The notes beneath the pieces were generated by a model. It worked only from the letters and a program-made list of their open reading frames with translations. It had not been told where the DNA came from and searched no databases. The translations under genes and the position numbers were made by a program. A stretch of 63,343 nucleotides of DNA, counting the filler, from Stramenopiles sp. TOSAG23-2 (lineage: Eukaryota), in the NCBI GenBank assembly GCA_900128395.1. It is 16 parts of 16 records of this genome, joined end to end, with 100 filler letters (N's around TTAATTAATTAA, not from the genome) between each part and the next. Parts side by side here need not be neighbours in the genome. Positions count along the whole stretch, not along the records: positions 24,986 to 29,034 come from LT651014.1; positions 29,135 to 33,178 come from LT651015.1; positions 33,279 to 37,322 come from LT651016.1; 13 more parts are not named here. The stretch is one strand, 5' to 3'. Below are positions 25,040 to 34,490 of the stretch, piece by piece. Position 1 is the first letter of the stretch. Each line of letters begins with the position of its first letter.

Positions 25040-25836
25040 TTACAAATCACTACCATTATTATTAGCATCAATATCTTTTCCAACTCTAGACCATAATACC
25101 ATTTTTGATTTACCATCTCGACCTTCATGTGATTCACTAGCATCTAATTTCTTTTCAAAAATTTTCTTAAACCCATGTGGTTGTAATAAGTTTCTGACTA
25201 AATCAACCGTCAATGCAAATGGTGGCCCTCCATTATGACCTAAAAGTAATTTAATAATAATATATGTGTGTTAGAAGAATTACTTGCTTGATTTTAATGC
25301 CGTGTTTTTTGTAAGACAACATATATCAAAATGTAGAATAAGAGAGAGAGAGAGAGAGAATAGAAAAACATACCTGTAATTGGAAAAACAACTGTCATTA
25401 ATACCCCGTCTGGTTTCAATAAACGTGCATATGTAGATGCCCATTGCTCTCTCATGTCTGGTTGCAATGCACATAAAAATGTATAATCATACGCAAAATC
25501 AAAACTATTATCACCATCGTTATCTTTATATTCAAAAAAAGAACCATGTTTAAATTCTACTTTACTATTCGTATCAGATGGTGGATTAGACTTTAAATAT
25601 TCTTTAGCAGCTGCAACAGCAGTAGGTGCAATATCTAATCCAATACAATGCCTACCGCCATATGACAATGCTCTTGGTGCATATCCTCTACCACAACCAG
25701 GAACAATACCTTTTCCTTTTGGTATTAAATCCATTTCAAACATAGTAGATATAAATGGAAGAGGTTTTGATGCATCAAAAGCTTGCCCCGGCTGTAATCC
25801 ACCATTAGAACTCCACATTTTTTCCCAACCAGCCAT
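25040..25836 (-). CDS. TPMT-family halide/thiol (thiocyanate) methyltransferase, HOL1-like, two exons
   Basis: GWEKMW, IVPGCGRGY (SAM motif), FDFAYDYTFLCALQPDMREQWA. A GT-AG intron at 25373-25240 joins FPITG to HNGGPPFAL...SHEGRDGKSKMVLWSR, with TAA at 25042-25040. The tracked 5' extension to 26166 comes from a 183-bp duplication. Confidence 0.88.
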
Positions 25837-26500
25837 TTCCTCTTCTTTCTTTGTTTTATTTAAATGTATTTCTTTTTGTAACCAAGCTGGTATTATCAGA
25901 GATAATATGAAGATAATATTTAAATACACTAGCATTAATTTTATGTACAGAACATATGTTTCAAACAATGATGTCTTGAGCAAAACTATCTTAATATGTT
26001 GTCGTGGTTGTTTATTTCTTCTTTCGTCTTCTTTTGTTTTATTTAAATGTATTTCTTTTTGTAACCAAGCTGGTATTGTCAGAGATAATATGAAGATAAT
26101 ATTTAAATACACTAGCATTAATTTTATGTACAGAACATATGTTTCAAACAATGATGTCTTGAGCAAAACTATCTTAATATGTTGTCGTGGTTGTTTATTT
26201 CTTCTTTCGTTTTCTTTTATTCTATTCTTTTTTTATTATTGCAACTATTGATATCATCGAAAATTGGATAATTATGATAGGTAAAATATACTGAAAAGAA
26301 TACTAAACTATTATTACAAGTATAAATAAAAACAAAAAAATATTAAAAAATAATTAATTAATATGAAGCGTTTGTATATATAACATATTATTTATTGTAA
26401 TTTTGTAATTGGAAAGACACCCCAACTTTTTTCTCTCCTCAATAAAAAATCATATTTCAATGTTTTCACTCGTTTTGCGACTGTATTTCACAACTCATAT

Positions 26501-26905
26501 TTACGACATGATTGGCAATTTATCACCTGGCATGCTTTGGTAACTACACGCTTCGTTGGTGAAGATATGTCCAGTTGGTGCTGGAAATTTACCTTCTCGT
26601 GCTGATGGGGCAAAGAAAGCAAATTTTTTGCCTTTGTACAAATCACTGCACATAGGAGTTCCGCAAACTTTACAAAATGTGCGTCGGTTGGAACCACGAC
26701 GATCATAGCGATTCAAGTTTTCTTCACCTTTTGTCCATTCTACTTGTTTATAGTCATAAACAATAACATGCGTATATGGACTACCATGTGCTTCTCTGCA
26801 ATCTTGACAGTGGCAGTTTACTGCCATTAAATGTTTACCGGTAATTTTATATTGTACATTGCCACAGTTACAACTACCTTTTACAATTGTTTGTACGGAA
26901 CTCAT
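26501..26905 (-). CDS. GFA/CENP-V family Zn-binding protein (glutathione-dependent formaldehyde-activating fold)
   Basis: GSCNCGNV, NCHCQDCR, RTFCKVCGTP, PTGHIF. Confidence 0.92.
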   Translation of the reverse strand: MSSVQTIVKGSCNCGNVQYKITGKHLMAVNCHCQDCREAHGSPYTHVIVYDYKQVEWTKGEENLNRYDRRGSNRRTFCKVCGTPMCSDLYKGKKFAFFAPSAREGKFPAPTGHIFTNEACSYQSMPGDKLPIMS

Positions 26906-27580
26906 GGTATATGATATATATATATAAATAAATAAATTAAATCGATAAATCGACGTTGTTGATTAAATAAATAAATTAAAAATTAAATAAATGAATTATT
27001 CTTTGTATTGTATCTATCTATCTTATTGTTTTTTTATAGTTAATTTGAAGTTGTATTAATTTAAATTTAAATTATATTAACTGCTGGGTGCTCATTTTTG
27101 AATATTTATACTAATTCCCTTATAATTATAACCTATTATATGATATATATGACTTTAATTAATTTAGTTTTAAGGAATACAATAATATATTTTATCAACA
27201 AGAACATGTGAGATGATCATTCCCCAAGGGTAAGACGAATATATTTTTAACATTATACACAATGTAAAAATATTATACATATATCTACATTTTTACCTGC
27301 ATACCCAATTTTTATACATCGATTGTTACATGTTGATAGTAAATCAATGTAGTTAAGAATACTAAATAGTATAAAACTTACATAATCCGGCTTTTGATTA
27401 TTAAATAAAAAAATATAATATCTTTTTTTCAATATATATATATATGCCCTATATATTATTCATCTGTGCAAAAAACCTTTGTATGTATTGACAAACAATA
27501 TATCATTACAAAGTACAAAAAAACGTTCATTCATTTAATATTATAATCTAATTTATTTATAATTACATCAAAAAGAAAAA

Positions 27581-28816
27581 ATGGCATCGATTTGCAATAT
27601 AACAGACGAAGATGCATTACATTTTGATTTCTGCTGTTGCAAACTAATCACACAATCACAAGAAGATTTAATAACGCAAGATTTAAATAAACATCAAAAT
27701 ATACGTCGTATGAAACATTTTATATCGCATTTAGCAGCTGCAAAGGGGAGTTTAACTGCTAAAAATGCAGGTAAAAAATATGCCTTTGGTATAAAACGAG
27801 CATCAACCGCTGGTATTGCAGCTGATGATGGTGGAATTTTAATCAATACTGTATTAGGTCAAGTATCGTCAAAAACATTAGGATTGACACATTCCCATGA
27901 ACATATCTATGTGTCAAGTGCTGGATTGTCGCAAATTTACCCTGAACGGGTACCAAAGGATTATGTCATAAAAGAAGCAGTTGATGCATTTATTGAATTT
28001 AAAAATAGTGGTGGTGGAACTGTTATTGATTGTACAACTCATGATCTAGGGCGTGATATAAATTTGATGAAAGAAGTTTCAGAAAAAACAGGTATCAATA
28101 TTATTGCATCTACAGGTTGTTGGATGGATCCGCCACGTTCCTTTCAAGCATTAAATCCAGAGGAATTAGCAGCATTATATATTCGTGAATGTACAGTAGG
28201 TATTGAAGGAACAAATATTAAAGCTGGGATTATTAAATGTGCCCACGAAACTGGTGTTACATGGAAAAAAGGAGAAGGATTTACACGTGTTGGTGAATTA
28301 ACTGCTAGGGCATGTGCACTTGCTGCAAAAGAAACAGGGTTACCAATCACAACACATACGGAATGCAAAGAAAGAGTTGGCCTAGCACAAATTGAAATAT
28401 TCAAAGAAGTAGGAGTGGATTTGAATCGAGTGTATATTGGCCATTGTAATGATGCGTGGGATATGTCTTATTTAACCGATATGCTTGAACAAGGTGTTTG
28501 GATTGGACTTGATCGAACAGGACCAGATTCTCGACGACATGATGGTAGGCCAAGACTTGAAGATCGTATAAATACAATTAAATATTTAATTGATCATAAT
28601 TGGGCACATCGTATTATGTTATCGCATGATTGGATGGTATATATGGGATTTTTAAATCACGATATGGCAGTCAGACGACGAAAACAAAATCCTGATAGTT
28701 ATTGTTTTATTTTGCGTCAAGTTGTACCAAAATTAATGGAAATGGGTGTGACTAAAGAGATAATACATCAAATATTAGTTGAAAATCCAAGGAATTTTTT
28801 TGAAAATGCAAAGTAG
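27581..28816 (+). CDS. Phosphotriesterase-family amidohydrolase (PTE / PTE-like lactonase)
   Basis: INTVLG, GLTHSHEHI (HxH), GGGTVIDCT..LGRD, GIIKCA (carboxy-Lys), PITTHT, YIGHC, MLSHD, ENPRNFF. All metal ligands are present. Confidence 0.93.
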   Translation: MASICNITDEDALHFDFCCCKLITQSQEDLITQDLNKHQNIRRMKHFISHLAAAKGSLTAKNAGKKYAFGIKRASTAGIAADDGGILINTVLGQVSSKTLGLTHSHEHIYVSSAGLSQIYPERVPKDYVIKEAVDAFIEFKNSGGGTVIDCTTHDLGRDINLMKEVSEKTGINIIASTGCWMDPPRSFQALNPEELAALYIRECTVGIEGTNIKAGIIKCAHETGVTWKKGEGFTRVGELTARACALAAKETGLPITTHTECKERVGLAQIEIFKEVGVDLNRVYIGHCNDAWDMSYLTDMLEQGVWIGLDRTGPDSRRHDGRPRLEDRINTIKYLIDHNWAHRIMLSHDWMVYMGFLNHDMAVRRRKQNPDSYCFILRQVVPKLMEMGVTKEIIHQILVENPRNFFENAK

Positions 28817-29860
28817 AATATTTATTTTGTACGTATACAGCAGGAGGTATTTTGATATTTCGAAGTATTGTAATAGTGCATATAATTCGTACGAAGTATT
28901 ATATATATATGCAAAGTAAAATCTACGAAAAATATACCTTCGTATATTTTTTTACATTTTTACACACTCTACCACAGCAGGGTAACTACCCTATCACAAA
29001 CTCAGCACTAGTCCCACCACATGCATTTAAAACANNNNNNNNNNNNNNNNNNNNNNNNNNNNNNNNNNNNNNNNNNNNTTAATTAATTAANNNNNNNNNN
29101 NNNNNNNNNNNNNNNNNNNNNNNNNNNNNNNNNNTTTATGTAAATTTATATATGTATCAATCAATAGTAATAATAATAGTAGTTATCTCACTACAACTTT
29201 CATAAATATACAAATGTATATGTAATATCCATATATGTATCTATCTCTAGTTCTATATTTTCTTGAACTATTAACTACTACTACTTATTGCAATGTGTGC
29301 GAGGATTTTTTTTACTATTTATAACGGCAGATTATGGTATACCCATGCTACCTGGTACAGTATTTTCCATCGTTAATTCGCAAAATTGCAAATTATATAA
29401 TAGCATTTTCTCCTATATAATAGTGTACCTTTTATATTATAGAATATAGAGACAAAAATTAGAAAAAGTAAAAGACCTTAATAATTAATAGTGAAATCTG
29501 GTAATCTGATGAATAGCACAATATTAGTAGTACCCGTTATAAATTTTTTTAATTATTGCACTGTTTTTGTTGCCACCAGGTACCAGGTATTGTGCTCTAC
29601 TATTTTATTATTATTCTACTATTTTTATTATATATATACAAAATATAATACCGGTAGTATATATGTAGAATAATAATAGAACAACAACAACAAGATAAAT
29701 AGAGAAAAATAGAAAACAAATAGTACCAACATGGCAGAGCATGATTTGAAAGATGAAGATTTTTATCGTGTTACAAAAGCGACAACTGGATTGAATATGA
29801 AAGAAATACGTGAAATAGAAAATGTTTTTGAATATTTTGATACTGACCATGAGTACCAAC

Positions 29861-30535
29861 ATGGCAGAGCATGATTTGAAAGATGAAGATTTTTATCGTG
29901 TTACAAAAGCGACAACTGGATTGAATATGAAAGAAATACGTGAAATAGAAAATGTTTTTGAATATTTTGATACGGACCATGATGGTAATTTAACAAAAGA
30001 TCAAGCAATTTTAGCCTGGAGAACTTTTGGTATACAAGCAAAGGAATCAGATTTTATTGGCGTGCGTGCAGTACGTTGTCAGCGATTTGTACAGACAGTT
30101 GGAAAATATAATAAAACTGTGCATGCCGATAGTGGTAGTCTAATTGAAGAATATTTTGAGCGCATGTACCAAATGATATGTAAAAGAGATTCTATTACAA
30201 CTGAAGAAATTATGATATTTTTAAGAAGTAGTGGTATGAAACAAGCAACGTTAGAAGAATGTCAAAAATTAGTCGAAGCAATTAATAGATTTGGTTTCAA
30301 TGAAGAGTTTACACAAGAGGAATTTATTAAACATATGGTTAAAAGTGATAAAAAAGGGTATTTATCTGATGAATTTAATAAGAAAAAAAATAAGAAAAAA
30401 TCAAAGAAAAAACAACTAACGAGTGGTGGTAGCGATATTGGTAGTGGTGATGATAATGCAAATATACATAGCGGACATGATAGTGAATCATCAGTAGAAG
30501 CACATGAAATTTTAGGTGCTGCATTGTCATTTTAA
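29861..30535 (+). CDS. EF-hand (centrin/calmodulin-like) protein; 5' end duplicated, first copy at 29731
   Basis: EIENVFEYFDTDHDGNLTKDQ EF-hand. A 130-bp tandem duplication covers the start. Confidence 0.75.
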   Translation: MAEHDLKDEDFYRVTKATTGLNMKEIREIENVFEYFDTDHDGNLTKDQAILAWRTFGIQAKESDFIGVRAVRCQRFVQTVGKYNKTVHADSGSLIEEYFERMYQMICKRDSITTEEIMIFLRSSGMKQATLEECQKLVEAINRFGFNEEFTQEEFIKHMVKSDKKGYLSDEFNKKKNKKKSKKKQLTSGGSDIGSGDDNANIHSGHDSESSVEAHEILGAALSF

Positions 30536-30973
30536 ATATTTGTATGTGTGTGTGTGTACTTTGAAATAAAATATATAGAGAGATACTGTCTATAGATGCA
30601 ATATATCATATTTAACACATGAAATTTTAGGTGCTGCATTGTCATTTTAAATATTTGTATGTGTGTGTGTGTACTTTGAAATAAAATATATAGAGAGATA
30701 CTGTCTATAGATGCAATATATCATATTTAAAGTTGGCTATTTACCTTCATCTCGCGGTATTCTCTTTTATTTTTGACAGTATAATCTCATTTTGAGTAAA
30801 ATTTAAATATAAAATAAAGGCGCGTCGTACAAATTGAAGTAATTTACGAGATACGAATTTTAGTGTGTGTATCATATTTACCCGTCTCCGTATTTAATTA
30901 TATAAAAATATATTATAAGACACATATTTTTTTTTAAATTCTAAAAAAGAAACAAAACATTTTTTATCTCTTG

Positions 30974-31615
30974 CTAAGGATCTTCCCAATTATCAATTTC
31001 ATCTTCCATAAAATTATCTTCGTCTACTTCTTCCATTACTGATTCTTTACCAAAACTACCATGTTTTGATGCATTGCATAATTTGCTACAGATTATTTCT
31101 TGCAATGTATCCACATAATTTCCAAGTTTTTGTTTATTATTTACATATTTCATAAATTCCTTAGATATTTGTTTTGATTTATATTTATTTATAAACTGAC
31201 AGCCACGTACGAGGTATGTATCATGCCAAGTACTATTCTTCCTTTTTCGATTTAAATAATTTATATACCACTCTGATCTAGGAACATCGTATTTCACCTC
31301 ATAATCTCGTGTCCACGTGCTATATTTGCAAGCATTGCCAATAAGACTCACCAAATTTGTTTCTGTGACTACGGTTTTATCTATTTCATATTGATGATCC
31401 GTATTAACAGCACTAATCCATATCATTTCTTTACAAGTTAGGCATTTTAAAATCGATTCTGGTGGCTTTAATTCTGTTTCTGTTGTCTTCCTAGTATTAT
31501 TATTATTATTATTTAATGCATTAGTTAGATTATTTAATAATAATGATAGTGATAATAATATGAATAATGATATTCTATGATTCATTTTAGATTTCATATA
31601 AATATAAATCTGCAT
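30974..31615 (-). CDS. Secretory-pathway saposin-like protein (Canopy/MSAP/DUF3456-like)
   Basis: Signal peptide ISLFILLSLSLLL, LKCLTCKEM..C..GCQFI..ICSKLC Cys pattern, acidic tail. Confidence 0.6.
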   Translation of the reverse strand: MQIYIYMKSKMNHRISLFILLSLSLLLNNLTNALNNNNNNTRKTTETELKPPESILKCLTCKEMIWISAVNTDHQYEIDKTVVTETNLVSLIGNACKYSTWTRDYEVKYDVPRSEWYINYLNRKRKNSTWHDTYLVRGCQFINKYKSKQISKEFMKYVNNKQKLGNYVDTLQEIICSKLCNASKHGSFGKESVMEEVDEDNFMEDEIDNWEDP

Positions 31616-32122
31616 GTGTAAATATATATTTATACATGTGAATAGATATGTTGTAGAGATCTATTATTTATGATATGATATATTTGTGAGATCCCAGCCC
31701 AGAGGAGGAGATGTGTTCACGTGTTCACATCTCACATCATTCCAGTAGCTATCGATAGATAGAGCTACGTCGGTACTAGAGCTAGAATCCTATACTGTTG
31801 CCTTTTAGCTATATATAGCCAGGCTAGCAGCTATTACTGTAATAGCTGCTGATAGTGTTGCGTTGCTATATATTTTAATTCATTTAAAATAATATGCAGA
31901 GGAGAGCACCAAGCACCAGATCATAACAAAACCTAAAACCTAAAACCGAAAGAGCTAAAAATAATATAATATATATACATGTGTGCATGTGTTAAAATAT
32001 ATAGCTGCATGGAAAAAACAAAATAACACTTGCTTTACTCAATTATAGAACAACGAAAACAGATATAAAGATAGAAATACGACATATTGACAATTTATAT
32101 ACATAATATACATATACATACC

Positions 32123-32763
32123 ATGTCATCAAAAGAAACAACAACTCCCTCGACCAACGATGTATTGAAAGAAATATTTGAAAAAGTCGATGCGGATGCA
32201 TCTGGTACCATCGAAAAAAAAGAGCTAATGAAAGCTTTGATGTTTGATGAGAAAGTTTCAACTATTGTGCACCAATTTGACCATTTGATACCATTATTGA
32301 AACCAAAACATTTCGAAGAAGCATTTATGGAAATGAACACAGCTCATGATAATCATGTGACAGTCGATGAATTTATTTCATTTGCTAGTGGTTTAACAAT
32401 GAAAGAAACATTGACCAAAATATTTGTTATTATAGATAAAGAAAAAACTGGCAAAATTGATAAGACAGAATGTTTATCAAACCTATCATCCAATGAAGAC
32501 ATCTTGAAATTAATACAACAATACAAGAGTTGAGCTTAATGACACCACATACAGAATTACCGACTACCGATGATGATTTAAAAGAAATATTAAAAGCGTT
32601 AGCTCATAATGATGGTGGAGTTGTTAATGAAATAGATCTAATCAATTGGTTGTACAATGGCGTTGCAACAACACCTGAAAGTAGAAAATCATTTTCCAGA
32701 CAAAGCGACTTCAATCGTCGTTTGGTAAATTTGTTAGAAGCATTAATTGCATGGTTGCAATAA
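32123..32763 (+). CDS. Multi-EF-hand protein, frameshift or deletion at about 32530
   Basis: IFEKVDADASGTIEKKEL, MNTAHDNHVTVDEF, IDKEKTGKIDKTE. Continues in another frame with ALAHNDGGVVNEIDLINW. Confidence 0.7.
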
Positions 32764-33609
32764 AAAAATATTTTAGTGCAATACCTGGTAGTGTGTAGAG
32801 TTAAAACTTTAACATCATCATCACAGCACCACAATAAATGTAGTGATTTGGGCCAGGAAATGCCTGTACTGTACTGTCCAGCTGTCCCCATCCAGCAATC
32901 ATCTCATGATGATGATGCACTAGTCGAGCTTGCTCGACGCTTTTAATGATGCACCACAAACTATTATTACTTCTCGTATCATTACAGAAATATATATATA
33001 TGTATTATTATTCGGTGACGAAAAAAAGATAAACCACTACGCAAGGACAATATCAGATATTGAATATATAGACGACTGTATACATCGATATACGGATATG
33101 TTGAATCAAAATATAGTAACTTAATAAGACTCGCTTTGTACAGTATTTGTAAATATAGAAAGACACGTTATAAAGAAANNNNNNNNNNNNNNNNNNNNNN
33201 NNNNNNNNNNNNNNNNNNNNNNTTAATTAATTAANNNNNNNNNNNNNNNNNNNNNNNNNNNNNNNNNNNNNNNNNNNNACAAGGACAGATGAAATGAACG
33301 AGGAACAACATATGAAAAATAATCAGAAATTGATAATATATATTGCATATTCAAAATAATATGATTACTGTATGTTGATAAAATTGTTTTAATATCATAT
33401 GATAAACAAAATGTTTTTAAATATAAAATGTACGCCGAGAGTATTTTTAATTTTTTTTATTTTTCTACTCTCGACGTAGTAATTCAACTATCATACTCTC
33501 CAAGGAACAAATTAAGCAAGCCAACATTAATGTTTATCTCTCACTGAAAATCGAAATGTGATACTGATATAATATATTTAAAAGAATTACTGAGAACCTA
33601 TAATATCTC

Positions 33610-33936
33610 TTATTTACTTGTTGACACTATATAGTAAAAGTAAACTAACCAAAGTACGAGAGCCATAAAAAAATATCTATCAGTTGGATCAAAGACTTTT
33701 TGAAAAAAGCCATTGCACTTTTCAACTATCTTGTCCATCACTGTTACATTATATTCATAAAATTCAAAGAGAAATAATGTTTCATTCGCTACATCAATTT
33801 TTCCACCACTTCTTTCTAGTAATCGATTTAAAGCCAAAATATTTCCTCTAAACGCTTCGATTAAAATAGCATTTAACTTCATGTAGGAAACATATAAGAA
33901 GCCATCCTCATCAGTCTCGATAGCTTGTGGAAAATA
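33610..33936 (-). CDS. Fragment with a Peptidase S74 (intramolecular chaperone) C-terminal motif and a C-terminal TM helix
   Basis: FPQAIETDEDGFLYVSYMKLNAILIEAF resembles the PEAV..D.DG.L.V.Y.KL...L.EA consensus. The tail YFFMALVLWLVYFYYIV is hydrophobic. Confidence 0.5.
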   Translation of the reverse strand, partial: YFPQAIETDEDGFLYVSYMKLNAILIEAFRGNILALNRLLERSGGKIDVANETLFLFEFYEYNVTVMDKIVEKCNGFFQKVFDPTDRYFFMALVLWLVYFYYIVSTSK

Positions 33937-34490
33937 CAAATGTGTATATATATGTTTGTGTTTATATATATACAATATATTAAAATGTATTCGTTCTATA
34001 TATCGATAATAATACTATGTGTACAATATATGTCTATATGTCGTCTATATATAGAAGATAATATAGCTATGGCCATGTCTATATAAAAATGTGACATTTG
34101 TAGTCCAGTAGTACTGCTATCTATATATTAATATTAGTGATTGAGAATTTACCTGGTAAATTGCACAATTAGAATTTATTTACCAGAATAAAAATGTATT
34201 GTGTTCTAATTGTGAAACTCACACCATATTTTGTACAGGTACAGTGTACAGTATTTTGTAGTCGTCTGGTAGTCTCAGGTACTCTATACTCTATACTACA
34301 AAAAACGAATTTGTAGAGTCGAAATATAGAAAACACCTCTATTATAAAGCTCCTTTTACTTCAATAAATCTAGAACAATAAATTTACATTCATGATTCAT
34401 GATATATTTACGAATTTAAATATTAGTGCATTATACAATATTTTTTAAAGAACAACATACACATGATGTACACACATCATCATCAATGTT

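Noticed and set aside
25837-26210. Hydrophobic duplicated N-terminal extension on the methyltransferase ORF
   Set aside because: It arises from a 183-bp tandem duplication upstream. Family similarity begins at Met 25836.
31929-31948. Telomere (AAACCTAAAACCTAAAACC; also CCCTAA at about 45090 and 45155)
   Set aside because: Only 2-3 imperfect internal units, not a terminal array.
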